Source of the DNA: Squalus acanthias
Lineage: Eukaryota
Length of the DNA stretch: 64,000 nt
Reading direction: 5' to 3'
Assembly: GCA_030390025.1 (NCBI GenBank)
Contig: CM059427.1
Coordinates: forward strand, 208,382,001 to 208,446,000
Positions 49,498 to 61,979 of the stretch are shown piece by piece (the first letter of the stretch is position 1; every line of letters begins with the position of its first letter). Made by a program: the position numbers and the translations under genes. The notes beneath the pieces were generated by a model. That model was not told the DNA's origin. It saw nothing but the letters and a program-made list of their open reading frames with translations, and searched no databases.

Positions 49498-52400
49498 TGT
49501 AGGGGGTGGTAATGGGGTCAACCTTCACCTCTGACTCAGTGAGCAGTTGGAATCGCTCCCACGACCCTGGTTCCCAGACGTTGGACTTATTTAGGGGTTG
49601 TGAACAAAGATGCAGTAGACAACAGGTTCTGATGAAAGAATTTTGACTTTATTAAAAGAAAAAGGGAACAAACTTAAAACAGACTTAATACTTAAACACA
49701 GGTTGTGGAACACACAGTACAGCGCGAGAGAAAGACAACATACAAAAAAAACCTTATTCCTCCCAAAAATCCCACAATCTAGCTAGGTTTTGGTTTCAGG
49801 AGATCAGGGATAATGCTCACCAAACGAATCCTTGACAGTTGAGAGTTAGGGTTTAGAGTCTGTGCAGTAAAAGGTTTCGTAAGGCCCTTGTTGCCGCGAG
49901 GTGTCCAATGGTTACTGAGCCAGTCTCTCTGGTTTCTTCTTGTGAGCTAGTCTGTTGGTATTTTCTGTTAAGTTTTTTGTTCAGTTTTAAGTGTATTTCT
50001 GCTGAGTAGTTCATACCTCATTACTAGATGGAGAGCGCTCATTGCTGAGTTGCAGGTGAGTGTTTTTGTTAAGTTTTTAAGTTTATTTCGCGGGCTTTTT
50101 TACAGGGGCCAGTGTCGGGAGCGGACAGAGCAGCAGCACTGTGAGTAGTTAAACTCACTTTTGCGGGCTTTTTACAGAGTCCAGTGTCGGGAGCGGAGAG
50201 AGAAGCAGCACAGTGAGTAGTTAAACTCACTTTCATGGGCTTTTTAAATAGGCCAGCGTCGGGAAAGGGCCCTTGAGAATATCATTTAGTTGAAGTGAAA
50301 TTGGTGGGATTCATTTAATTAAATTTTAATTAATTAATTAAAGGGTAAGTCATGGCAGGAGAGCTCCGCCCCGTGATGTGCTCCTCCTGCTATATGTGAG
50401 AAACCAGGCACGCTTCCTGTGTCCCTGACGACCATGTGTGTGGGAAGTGTACCCAGCTGCAGCTATTGATAGACCGCATTGCGGCGCTGGAGCTGCGGAT
50501 GGATGCATATTGGAGCATTCGCGACGCTGCGAACGTCGTGGATAGCACGTTTAGCGAGTTGATCACACCGCAGGCAAAGGGTGTACAGGCAGGAAGTGAA
50601 TGGGTGACCACCAGGCAGAGTAAGAGGTGCAGGCAGGTAGTGCAGGGGTCCCCTGTGGCCATCCCCCTCTCAAACAGATATATCACTTTGGATACTGTTG
50701 GGAGGCTGAATTATCAGGGGAAGGCAGCAGCAGCCAACTTCCTGGCACCATGGGTGGCTCTGCTGCATCAGGCTGGGAGGAAAAAGTGTGGAAGAGCTAC
50801 AGTGATAGCGGACTCTATTGTAAGGGGAATAGATAGACGTTTCTGCGGCCGCAAACAAGACTCCAGGATGGTGTGTTGCCTCCCTGGTGCAAGGGTCAAG
50901 GACGTCTCGAAGCGGCTACTGAAAATTTTGGAGGGGGAGGGCGAACAGCCAGTTCTCGTGTTGCACATAGGCATCAACGATATAGGTAAACAACGGGATG
51001 AGGTCCTAAAAGCAGAATATAGGGTATTAGGAGGTAAATTAAAAAATAGGACCTCAAAGGTACTAATCTCAGGATTGCTAACAGTGCCACGTGCTAGTCA
51101 GAGTAGAACTAGGAGGCTATTTCAAATGAATACGTGGCTAGAGGAATGGTGCAAGGGAGAGGGATTCAAATATCTTGGACATTGGAACCGGTTTTGTGGG
51201 AGGGGGGACCAGTACAAACGGGGCAGTCTGCACCTGCGCAGCACCGCGACCGATGTCCTAGGGGGAGTGTTTGCTAGTGCTGTTGGGGAGGGTTTAAACT
51301 AAAGTGGCAGGGTGTTGGGAGCCTGAGCAGGGAGACAGAGGAAATGGAAACAAGGATGAAAGCAAAAGACAGGAAGGAGAAAAACAAAAGTAGAAGGCAA
51401 AGAACTCAACGGTTTAAATCAAACATGGTCAGAGCAAATAATAATTCATATAGGTCTGAGAGCGTTAAAAAAAACAAGCCTAACGGCTTTCTGTCTTATT
51501 GCAAGGAGCATTCGGAACAAGGTGGATGAATTAGCTGCGCAAATAGAGGTAAATGAAGACGATTTGATTGGGATTGCAGAAACATGGCTCCAGAGTGGCC
51601 AAGGCTGGGAACTCATCATCCAGGGGTATTCAATATTTAGGAAAGATAGGCAAAAAAGAAAGGGAGGTGGGGTAGCATTGCTGGTTAAAGAGGGGATTAA
51701 CACAATTGAAAGGAAGGATATTAGCTCTGATGATGCAGAATCTGTATGGTAGAACTGAGAAATAACAAGGGGCAGAAAACTTTAGTGGGAGTGGTATATA
51801 GACCTCCAAACAGTAATGCGGAGGTTGCGGACGGCATTAAAAGGGAAATTAGAGAAGCATGCAGTAAGGGCACAGCAGTCATCATGGGTGACTTTAATTT
51901 AAATATAGATTGGGATAAGCAAATTAGTAAAAATACTGTGGAGGAGGAATTCCGAGAATGTTTACGGGATGGTTTTCTGGAAGAATATGTCGAGGAACCA
52001 ACCAGAGATCAGGCCATCTTAGTCTGGGTATTATGTAACGAGAAAGGATTAATTAGCAATCTTGTTGTACGAGGCCCCTTGGGTCAGAGTGACCATAATA
52101 TGATAGAATTCTTCATTAGGATGGAGAGTGAAGTAGTTGAATCAGAGATTAGGATCCTGAATTTAAATAAAGGAAACTACGATGGTATGAGGCGCGAATT
52201 GGGTAGGATTGATTGGGGAATGTCACTCAAAGGGTTGACGGTGGATAGGCAATGGCAAACATTCAAAGACTGCATGGTTGAACTACATAATTTGTTCATC
52301 CCAGTGTGGCATATGAATAAAACAAAAAGTGTAATGCAACCGTGGCTAACAAGGTAAATTAGGGATAGCATAAGATCCAAGGAGAGGGCATATAAATTGG

Positions 52401-55148
52401 CCAGCAAATTCGGTAACCCTGAGGATTGGGAGCAGTTTAGTATTCAACAAAGGAGGACAAAGGGATTAATTAAGAAGAAGAAAATAGAATATGAAAGTAA
52501 GCTTGCAGGGAACATAAAAACTGACTGTAAGAGCTTTTATAGATATGTGGAGAGAAAAAGATAAGTGAAATCAAGTGTAGGCCCCTTGCAGTCAGAAGCA
52601 GGGGAAGTTATAATGGGGAAAAAAGAAATGGCAGACCAATTAAATGCATATTTTGGTTCTGTCTTCAAAAAAGAGGACACAAATAACCTCCCAGAGATGT
52701 TGGAGAATATAGGTTCTGATGAAAGGGAGGAATTGAAAGAAATCAGTATTAACAGGGAAATGGTGTTACGGAAATTGACGGGATTGAAAGCCCATAAATC
52801 CCCAGGGCCTGATAATCTACATCCTAGGGTACTTAAGGAAGTGGCCCTAGAAATAGTAGATGCATTGCTGATCATCTTCCAACATTCGATGGAATCTGGA
52901 ACTGTTCCCATGGATTGGAGGGTAGCTAATGTTACCCCACTATTCAAAAAGGGTGGTGGAGAGAAAGTGGGGAATTACAGACCGGTAAGCCTGACATCGG
53001 TAGTGGGGAAAATGCTAGAGTCCATTATAAAGGATGTAATAGCTGAGCATTTGGAAAACAGTGACAGGATCGAACAAAGTCAACATGGATTTACAAAAGT
53101 TAAATCGTGCTTGACTAATCTACTGGAAATTTTTGAGGAAGTAACTTGGAAAATGGATAAGGGAGAACCAGTATATGTGGTGTATTTGGACTTTCAAAAG
53201 GCTTTCGATAAGGTCCCGCATAAGAGATTAGCGTGTAAAGTTAAGTCACGTGGGACTGGGGGCAAGGTATTGACTTGGATAGAGAACTGGTTGGTGGACA
53301 GAAAGCAGAGAGTAGGAATTAATGGTTATTTTTCCAAGTGGCAGGCAGTGACTAGTGGGATACCGCAGGGTTCGGGCCTTGGAACACAGCTATTCACAAT
53401 ATACATTAATGATCTGGATAAGGGAACTAAATGTAATATCACCAAGTTTGCAGATGACAAAAAGCTGGGTGGGCGTGTGTGCTCCGAGGAGAATACCGAG
53501 AAACTCCAGAATGATTTGGACAGGTGGGTTAGTGGGCAGAAGCGTGGCAGATGCAATATAACGTGGATAAATGCGAGGTTATCCACTTTGGTGTCAAAAA
53601 AAGAAAGGCAGACCATTATCTGAATGGCAATAGATTGGGAGAAGGGGAAGTGCAACGAGACCTGGGTGTCCTTGTGCACCAGTCGCTGAGAGTAAGAATG
53701 CAGGTGCAGCAGGCGGTGAAGAAAGCAAATGGTATGTTTGCGTTCAGAGCGAAAGGGTTTGAGTATAGGAACAGGGATGTCCTGCTGCAGTTGTACAGGG
53801 CCTTGGTGAGACCACACCTTGAGTACTGTGTGCAGTTTTGATCGCCTTATCTGAGGAAGGATGTTCTTGCCATGGAAGGAGTTCAGCGAAGATTCACAAG
53901 GCTGATACCTGGGATGGCAGGAATGACATATGAGGAGAGATTGGGTCGATTGGGTTTGTACTCGCTGGAGTATTGAAGAATGAGAGGGGATCTCATCGAA
54001 ACATATAAAATTCTGACAGGTCTGGACAAACTAGATGCAGGAAGAATGTTCCCGATGATCGGAGAGTCCAGAACCAGGGGTCATAATCTAAGGATAAGGG
54101 GTAAGCCATTTAGGACAGAAATGAGGAAGAATTTCTTCACCTAGAGAGTGGTGAACCTTTGGAATTCTCTACCACAGTAGGTAGTTGAGGCCAAGTCATT
54201 AATTATATTCAAGAATGAGTTAGATATATTTCTTAAAGCTAAAGGTATCAAGGGATATGGGGAGAAGGCAAGTACAGGGTACTGAGTTTGGATGATCAGC
54301 CATGAACTTATCGAATGGCGGAGCAGGCTCGAGCGGCCGAATGGCCTACTCCTTCTATGTTTCTTTGAAGTTGTTGGCCTTCTTTCCTCCTCCTCCTCCT
54401 CGTGGCTTGTGGTGTCTATGCTGGAGCAGAGCTGAGAGAGACAGAGCTGTGCGAACGTTGAGAGCGTTGTCATCGAGTCCAGAGAGAGAATCTTGGGACA
54501 TTAGGCCCCCAAAACCCCTTACTAAAACGGTTTCCTTTAGATTTCAAATGGGCTCTGTTTATTCCATTGTCTTAGTTTTGGCGGGCTTGTCAGTTTCGAT
54601 GGCTTAAACTTGGTGTTAAACATGTCCTGATAGCTTCCGATTTAGGCAAGGCCTTTATCTACGCCCCAAATCTTGTCCCTATTGTCTTCGGTTTTTTTAG
54701 GGCTTTAAATCTGTCCTGTGGATACCTGGTTGATTGGTTTTTGATGAAGTAAATCGGGGTACTAAATGTTTTATTGATTTCCGGCTTCTGGTATCCTGTG
54801 TGGGCCTGGGAATTTCAAAAGAGGTCTTGGATTATTCATATTTCGATGTGTGTGTCAGGCTTTTCGGTTTGTCTCTTCCTCCTTGGAAGGAAGGCAGTGT
54901 AAACACATTACCAGAAAGCTTGATTGTGCCCCAATACCCAAAGCTGTCCACTGCCTGGTCACGCTCCCCGGAAGCCTGTCGGTGTCTGTGAAAGGTGTAT
55001 TTCCCAACAGTAAGATTCAAAAGATCATTTTCCTCAGGGTTTTTCTTCCCTGATCTTTAAAAATGTTCAAAACTGAGGTTTTATTTTAACTCAAATCACT
55101 TCACTTAGGGTTCTGTTCGAGTTTCTGGGGGATTTTGCGAAGCCTACA
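49498..55148 (-). mobile_element. 3' LTR of ERV copy 2, split by a CR1 (parts 49498-~49957 and ~54366-55148)
   Basis: Both parts align colinearly to the 5' LTR at 59786-61066. Confidence 0.88.
49958..54365 (+). mobile_element. Full-length CR1 LINE inserted in the LTR (ORF1 ~50352-51302; ORF2 to ~54285), disabled
   Basis: Zn-finger/esterase ORF1, APE and RT motifs and a CTATGTTTC tail. Close relative of 22525-26906. Confidence 0.92.
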
Positions 55149-55461
55149 TTCCCCTCTTTGATACTAAACCTGAATTAGTATCATTAACAGGTCAGCAAAA
55201 TTTCTGATCCCCGAAAACCAACCTTCTCCTGTATTACCTAAACTAAAAATCTAAACATACATTTCCCTTTTAAATGTGATTTTTCAGGTACATACAGGTA
55301 AGAATCAATCTTTATTTCACATCCAAGCACGGAGGGGGTCCGACACCCCTGCACAGCTTGGAAAAACACATCATACACATTATAAAAATGACACAACACA
55401 CACACAAAATGTTTTATTAAAAAGACAAAATCAAGGTTAGTTCCAGCCCTGGCCATAGCCT

Positions 55462-56556
55462 TTATTTTGATGCATTTCCCAAGTCCCTTCGTGTCTGGAA
55501 ATGAGCTCCCCATCCCTTCCTTGCACTTTTACACAACAGGTAGAGAACTATCCCGAGCTGGCAGACCACCAAAAGATGGGAAGCTATCCTGATCCAGGAA
55601 GGCACCTCTATATTCTGCAAAATATCCCACCAGGGTGGAACTACTATATCCAAAATCTCTGCCCCTATTTCAACTGTTTTCTGTGAAATCCCTACAGCTT
55701 TAAATAGGATGGTAAGATGTTCGGGTAGAGGGGGACTTTTAGATCCAAAGTAAGTCCAATACTTTTGCAGGTTGGTGACGTTTTCTGTTACAGTGAGGTG
55801 AACAGTGGAGGGTTCAGAAATGGGGACAATCCGTTCCTGGGCCACTTAAACTTCTGCCTCGGGTTTAAAGCAGAAACTGCTGTCACTTACCGGAAGTATC
55901 CATGCTTGTAGTGTGACGCACCTGTGGTGACACAATATGTCCCACCCCCTATATATGCTACCTGTGGGGAAACATGGCCGTGTGCCATTACCTCCATGGT
56001 ACAGTTTATAGGTCGTGCGCCAGCAGCTTTAAACCCGCACTATGGTTTAGAATAGGCGTTCAAGTGCTGGGGACACAGGACTCCCACCACTTATCCCAAC
56101 ACACACCCACTCCTCCTTGGGTCCCTATGATTATCCGGTAGGTGCCGTTCCCTAATCTTTCCCAGTCGGCTTTATGGTCCCCTTCTTCCCTGCTCAGCTT
56201 CCTGAGCCACCACCATCTATTCAGGGGATTTCGTCCCTTACAGGTAAGGCACACACGCCTCCCCTCGGTGACACTGACCCTTGTGGCAACGACCAGTATT
56301 CTGGTTATGGGAGGGTGGCCTCCCCGTACGTGAACCCGGGCTGGTTGGAGTATTTAGTAGAGTTGGACCCCAGCCACCCTGGCCACTTTCCCTCGTGGAA
56401 GTAGATGGCGAGCTCCTCCACTCCCCGCTCGCCACCCCCTGCGGTGACGACTGGTGCTTTCTCTCCCGAGCACCCATAGATGTGGGAGTCCTCTACTTCA
56501 CCTCGGTCACCGATGCTCACCCCTACCAGGGCGAGCAGGAGCAGAACCCTTGTCAT
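55462..56556 (-). pseudogene. env: env of ERV copy 2, internally deleted
   Basis: Signal peptide MTRVLLLLALVGVSIG. At ~56080 the frame jumps into LCPQHLNAYSKP*CGFKAAG...QVAYIGGGTYCVTT, then VVPPWWDILQNIEVPSWIRIASHLLVVCQLGIVLYLLC, homologous to copy 1. Confidence 0.88.
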
Positions 56557-56753
56557 TCCGAATTCCTTTCTGTAGGGGCACACACAAAACATATATCCAT
56601 GTCCCAGAAAGATTCTCTGGCTGGATAATTAATCGAGCCCTTAAACTTAAAACTCTACAAATAACTAAACTAATGATAACCAATAACTACCAAAACTGCA
56701 ATTACTTAAAACCGAAAATGTGTACATTTGCCGCCTGTCTCCGGACGGCCAGG

Positions 56754-57458
56754 TTAAATCCTGTTTAGCCTTTGCCTTATGTGGCCTCTGGATGGCTTGT
56801 ACACCTGGGTGTAGTGCGGTCTGTACCACCGGACCCAGAAGGCCTTCATCAAAACCGCTGGGGGTATCTTAACATCCCAGCTGAGTCCTGTGCTGCAGCA
56901 CACTACCCCCTTTGGTGTGGCTGCAGCGCCCTCGTTCATATCTGTGGGGTCCTCCCAGCCTGAGGCTGCAGGCTGGGGACCCTTCTCTCTCTCTTCTCCC
57001 TGTACTCCCTCTCCTGTGAAACCCTCACTGTTGGAGGCTGTAGGCTGGGGATCCTCAACTTTAGAGCGCTCCCTGCTCTTGGGCGCTCTCTTTCGGGATG
57101 CAACCGTCTTTGGGTGGGGCCCTTAAACTGATACACCTGTGGCCACAGTCGCCTTGGCTGTAGTGTCCGGGGAGACCTTCTTAGGGTTCTGGCCACTGGG
57201 GGTGTGCTTGAGTCCCAAATAATCGAGGAGGGTTCTCTTTTGTGAAACAGCACATTGTTCCTCCAGCTGCAGCTTGTGCGTCTGCCACAGCTGCTGCTGG
57301 CTGAGGATTTCTAACTTGGGGGCAGTCCACCTTTGCTGGCTGTTCCCTTTTCTCGAGTTCAAGCAGTTTACACCGGTCAATCTCTCACTCGAGGGTTCTC
57401 TGGGGTTCCAACAGCAGCCGATGTTTCTAGTGCTGGCTCCCCAGGTTACTGGCTGCAT
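56754..57458 (-). pseudogene. Putative accessory ORF between pol and env (~235 codons, one in-frame stop)
   Basis: ORFs 57123-57458 and 56754-56939 are in the same frame, and the 61 intervening codons are open. Confidence 0.5.
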
Positions 57459-57519
57459 GCCAGTGACTCTGTTTTAAAATCTCGTCCTCTGCCCTCAACG
57501 GACATTCTAGGGACTCCCC

Positions 57520-57964
57520 ACTCTCTCCCTCTCTACCAGGACGGCCTTAAGGACGGTGCCTGGGCTTGGACCTGCTGTAAATCCGGAGGCAAAGCTACCC
57601 CCTGCATGCCTCCCTTGTCCCGGATTGCAGCTACCGGTCCTGCTTTATAGGGATCCCAGAACTCTCCTTCCCTGGCCCCCTGCTAGGCCAAATTGTTGGC
57701 CTTTTGGTTACCCTCCCACGTGGTATGGAGGGATCCTAAATCTATGTCCAATGTTTTGGACATTGCCCCAGCCTGCTCGTTCCCTGTGAACCCCATTGAA
57801 CTGTACGGGACCCCGTTAGACCTGGGTGAATTGTTCAGGTCTTCTGAATGGACCACAGTGCTGGCAGCTCCGGTGTCCACCAAACATCTCAACTGCAGAG
57901 TCTCCACCCCCATCTTACCATCGTATCCAGGGGAACACAGGTAGACAGGCTGCACCGGTTCTAG
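57520..57964 (-). pseudogene. pol: pro-pol remnant: aspartic protease fused to the RNase H C-terminus and integrase N-terminal linker
   Basis: CLVDTGAASTVV...MGFTG, then WEGNQKANNLA*QGAREG (RNase H GNxxADxLA-like) and PDLQQVQAQAPSL. No RT or DDE core is present. Confidence 0.75.
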
Positions 57965-59711
57965 TTATAGGTCTCCGTTAGGGGGGCAGGTGTGATTACA
58001 GCACCAGGGGCTGCAGCTACCTTCCCTGGGACACCAAACGGGACTCTGATGGCCGATACTATTGTGTCCAGTGTGGGGGAAGAGGTCGGTGCCTCTATTT
58101 TTTTGGGAAAAAGCTGGGTAATTCATTGTTAGTATATCCTTCCAGGGATTTCTACAGTCCTTTCTCCAGTGCCCCCTCTTCCCGCTCCCGAAGCAGTTAC
58201 GCTTTGATTCGGAAGGTTTACCACCTTCCTGGTGCCTCTCCTTCTTATCCTGACTGGGCTTTATTTCATACACCTTTCCTTTTGGTGGGGGCTCTTCAGC
58301 TCCCCTACCATTCCGGTAGGCTAGGGTCAGTTGTCTGACCATTGCCTCCTCGGTGACCCGGGGGTCATTCGGGTCAAACCAAAGCTCAGCCATGGTTTTT
58401 ATTCGTGCAAAGCTGTTTGCCACTAGGCTTCGGAGCCAGTGGGCCAGCTCGTCCCTGTTCAGGTTAGCTCGGTCGAGATCCCTATTACAAGCAGCCCTGT
58501 ACACAGGCCACAGTCTGTCTGCGAAAGCCATGGGGTCTCCCTTGCGAGCTACACTGTCCTCTCCACCCGTGAGAAGGGACTACCATCATTCATTCCCATG
58601 GCCTCTAAAACCTCCTCTCTGACGGCAGCATACCCTTTGTGTCCTCTCTTGCTCTCATCAGAGAGGGACTGGTATAGCTTGCCATCTAATGAGAACAGGA
58701 GCATTTTTGCCATCTCGGCATCGTCACAGTCATTGATGCCTGCCATCTGTTCCAGTTCCATGAAGTGTACTGAGGGGTCCCCTTTTTGTGTGAGCTTACT
58801 CAGGTGGCTTACCATAGCCCTAAGCTGTTGTGTACCGTGGGGAGCCACGAATTGATTTTCAATGGGTCCCTGACCTCCACCACCGGCAGGCGGGCCAAAC
58901 TTTTGCTGTCGTGCTGGGCACATTGGCCCTGGCTCCGACTTCTCCAGCATCGGTTTGCACCCCTCTCCCTCTGCCAGACCGAGTCAAAATTCGGCGCCAC
59001 AGGTGCTGGTGTGCCCTCCCTGTCAGCCTCACAGATTGTCTGCCCATCCTGCTGCCAAAAATGCTTCTCCTTGGCGCCACAGGTGGTGGTCGAACAGCCT
59101 CCCCTTTCTCTTCCAGGTCTACCTGGGCCGCACCCGGGCTTATCAGGCACATCATGCCTTTTGTCTTGGACAGAGCAAGTTTCAGACACTCAATCTGCTT
59201 CTGACAGGGGCCGTGTCCCCTACCTCAAACCCCCTTGTACTGGCTACTCTGTAAGCTGCCTGAACATCTTTTAACTTCTCTGTGAGTTCCCTTAATTGCT
59301 TGGCAAGGCGGGTGTTCTCTTCCCACAATGCCAGTTCGCTACTTTTGGCTCGGTGGCCTGACACTGCAAGTATCCCTTACTGGCACGGTGTTCCTCCAGT
59401 ATCTGTGACTGTTACTGATCTTTTGTGTCTAGCTCTGCTTACAACCTCTCCCCTGCTATAGCTCTGGCATGGGACAGTTGGCTTTCTTCCTTTAGCTCTT
59501 CTGTGAGAGCCTGAAAGTGCTTCCCCATAAGCTGCATTTGTTTCTGGGAGCAGACCAACCATATGGCTTTCTCCACAGACTTATTGTATTCCTTGCTCTC
59601 AGTCCACGTAGCTGCAGCGTCCATAGGACGGTCGGCATGCAACAGCCTGAGGACCCATTGCTTGGTGATATTGACCTTTTTATATACATAGGAAGACATA
59701 TTCTCTTCCAT
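57965..59711 (-). pseudogene. gag: gag of ERV copy 2 (coiled-coil N-terminus, capsid-like region, degenerate CCHC knuckle), frameshifted
   Basis: Fragments KAIWLVCSQKQ..., LAKQLRELTEKLKDVQAAY, DPSVHFMELEQ...KMLLFSLD, AFADRLWPVY and CFGSGKRGHWRKDC. Confidence 0.8.
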
Positions 59712-59763
59712 TCTTGTTCTCTCCTCAAAACCAGCATTTACTGCTTCACAACCCTTTCGCCAA

Positions 59764-59782
59764 AGTCCTGCCGCGGTCCCCA
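59764..59782 (-). promoter_or_regulatory. Primer-binding site complementary to the tRNA-Arg(UCG) 3' end
   Basis: TGGGGACCGCGGCAGGACT lies 3 nt from the LTR. It matches the vertebrate tRNA-Arg-TCG end AGTCCTGCCGCGGTCGCCA (recalled, not searched) with one mismatch. Confidence 0.8.
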
Positions 59783-59785
59783 TTT

Positions 59786-61066
59786 TGTAGGGGGTGATAG
59801 TGGGATCAGCCTTCACCTCTGACTCAGTGAGCGGTTCGAATCGCTCCCACGCCACTGGTTCCGAGACGTTGGACTTATTTAGGGGTTGTGAACAAAGATG
59901 CAGTAGACAACAGGATCTGATGAAACAATTTTGACAATATTAAAAGAAAATGGTAACAAACTTAAAAAACACTTAATACTTAAACACAGGTTGGGGAACA
60001 CACGGTGCAGGCGAGGGAGAAAGAGAATATACAAAAAAAAACCTTATTCCTCCCAAAAATCGCACTATCTAGCTAGGTTTTGGTTTCAGATCAGGGATAA
60101 TGCTCACCAAACGAATCCTTGACAGTTGAGAGGTAGGGTTTAGAGTCTTTTGAGTAAAAGTCTTCATAAGGCCCTTGTTGCCGCGAGGTGTTCGATGGTC
60201 ACTGAGGCAGTCACTCTGGTTTCTTTTTGTGTGTTGGTCTGTTTGTGAAGTTGTTGGCCTTCTTTCCTCCTCCTCCTCGTGGCTTGTGGTATCTTGCTGG
60301 AGCAGAGCTGAGAGAGAGCTGTGCGAGCATTGAGAGCATTGTCAGAAAGACCAGAGAGAGAGAGTCTTGGGGGGTTAGGCCCCCAATTATGCTTGTTCAG
60401 CCCCGTTGTCCTTTTTGCGCACAAAACCCCTTACTAAAATGGTTTCCTTTAGATTTCAATTTAACCCTGTTTATTCCATTGTCTTAGTTTTGGCGGGCTT
60501 GTCAGTTTCGACGGCTTGAACTTGGTGTTAAACATGTCCTGATGGCTTCCGATGTTGCCCATTTAGGCAAGGCCTTTATCTACGCGCCAAATATTGTCCC
60601 TATTGTCCTAGGTTTTCGGCGGACTTGCAAATCTGTCCTGTGGATACCTGGTTGATTGGTTTTTGATGAAGTAAATCGCGGTACTAAATGTTTTATTGAT
60701 TTCAGGCTTCTAGTATCCTGTTTAGGCCTGGGAATTTCAAAAGATGTCTTGGATTATTGATATTTCGATGTGTGTGTGAGGCTTTTGGGTTTGTCTCTTC
60801 CACCTTGGTAGGAAGGCAGTGTAAACAAATTCCCCAGACAGCTTGATTGGGCCCAATACCCAAAGCTATCCACTGCCTGGCCACGACCCTCCCCAGCCTG
60901 TCTGTGTCTGTGAAAGGTTTCTTTCCCAACAGTAAGATTCAAAAAGTCATTTTCCTCAGGGTTTTTCTTCCCTGATCTTTAAAAATGTCCAAAACTGAGG
61001 TTTTTACCACAAATCACTTCACTTAGGGTTCTGTTCGAGTTTCTGGGGGATTTTGCGAAGCCTACA
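59786..61066 (-). mobile_element. 5' LTR of ERV copy 2 (1281 bp)
   Basis: TGTAGGCTTCGC...CCCCTACA, followed by the PBS. Confidence 0.9.
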
Positions 61067-61979
61067 AGAGAGATTTACGGACCATAGGTATTTTCCAGGC
61101 CGTCATATTAATAAACAAATGGTTTTTTTTCTCAATACTGTCGGCCTTCGTCGTGTTTTCAAGCAATAGATGTTTCTCAATCCATTAGTGGCTTCAATCT
61201 ACACATAGTTCCCCAACCATCAGCTTTATCAAACAACTGAGAGCTTGAAGTTTCTCGACCTATCAATGATTCCCAAATCTTTCAAGACGCCCACCAGAAT
61301 GACGTTTAGCAATCTATTAATGATCACCAATCCTTTAACAATTCATAATCCATTGATGTTTCGTTTAAAAACTGAGAGAGTTCGCCCACACATCCTTTGG
61401 GTGTTTCTGCGACTCCTTCACCCGTGGCGGTTCTGGGTTGCCCACTAAGCGATTGGATCGTTTGGTAAAATTCCCAGAATGGACGTGTGATTCCGGTGTC
61501 GGATTCAGGATCACACCTGCACACAGTGTCTGTACCATCGGCCGTTCTGTACAAATGTAGTGAATATCTGAGAGGTCCGGATTCAGTCTCATTTGTCTCT
61601 GTTTCTACATCGGAAGCTGAGCCGCTTAATGCCTGGGGTTCGATTTACCTATTTCTTGTTGATCTATTTATTAAGTAGTAACGGCCCTTGATCATTAGTA
61701 ATAGCTGTAAATAAGGAAGTGTTGGACTGAGCCGGTAAATCATCGAATCCTAGAATGATACAGCTGAGAAGGAAGCCGTTCAGTCCCCCATGACTGTACC
61801 ACCGCTTTGCAAGTGTTATCCATTTAGTCCCACTCCCATCTGCTGTTTCCCTGCAAGTTTTTCCATTTGTAGGATTTATCAATTTTCCTCTGAAAATGAT
61901 TATTGATTCTGCTTCCACCGTCCTCTCAGCCAATGCATTGCAGATCATAACAACTCGCTTCATAATTTATATTTCCCCT

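Larger units (their letters stand above)
49498..61066 (-). mobile_element. ERV copy 2: internally deleted provirus (LTR-PBS-gag-pro-dpol-ORFx-denv-PPT-LTR)
   Basis: Two homologous LTRs with TGTAG...CTACA ends, a PBS, PPT CAAAGAGGGGAA (55149-55160), and env homologous to copy 1. Confidence 0.9.

Noticed and set aside
50436-51302. SGNH esterase-like ORF as a host gene
   Set aside because: It is the known CR1 ORF1 domain, flanked by the CR1 5' UTR and ORF2.
59439-59855. ORF starting in the LTR and running through the PBS as an extended gag
   Set aside because: It starts at a GTG in U5, and the in-PBS ATG overlaps the obligatory TGG. The ATG at 59711 is the more likely gag start.
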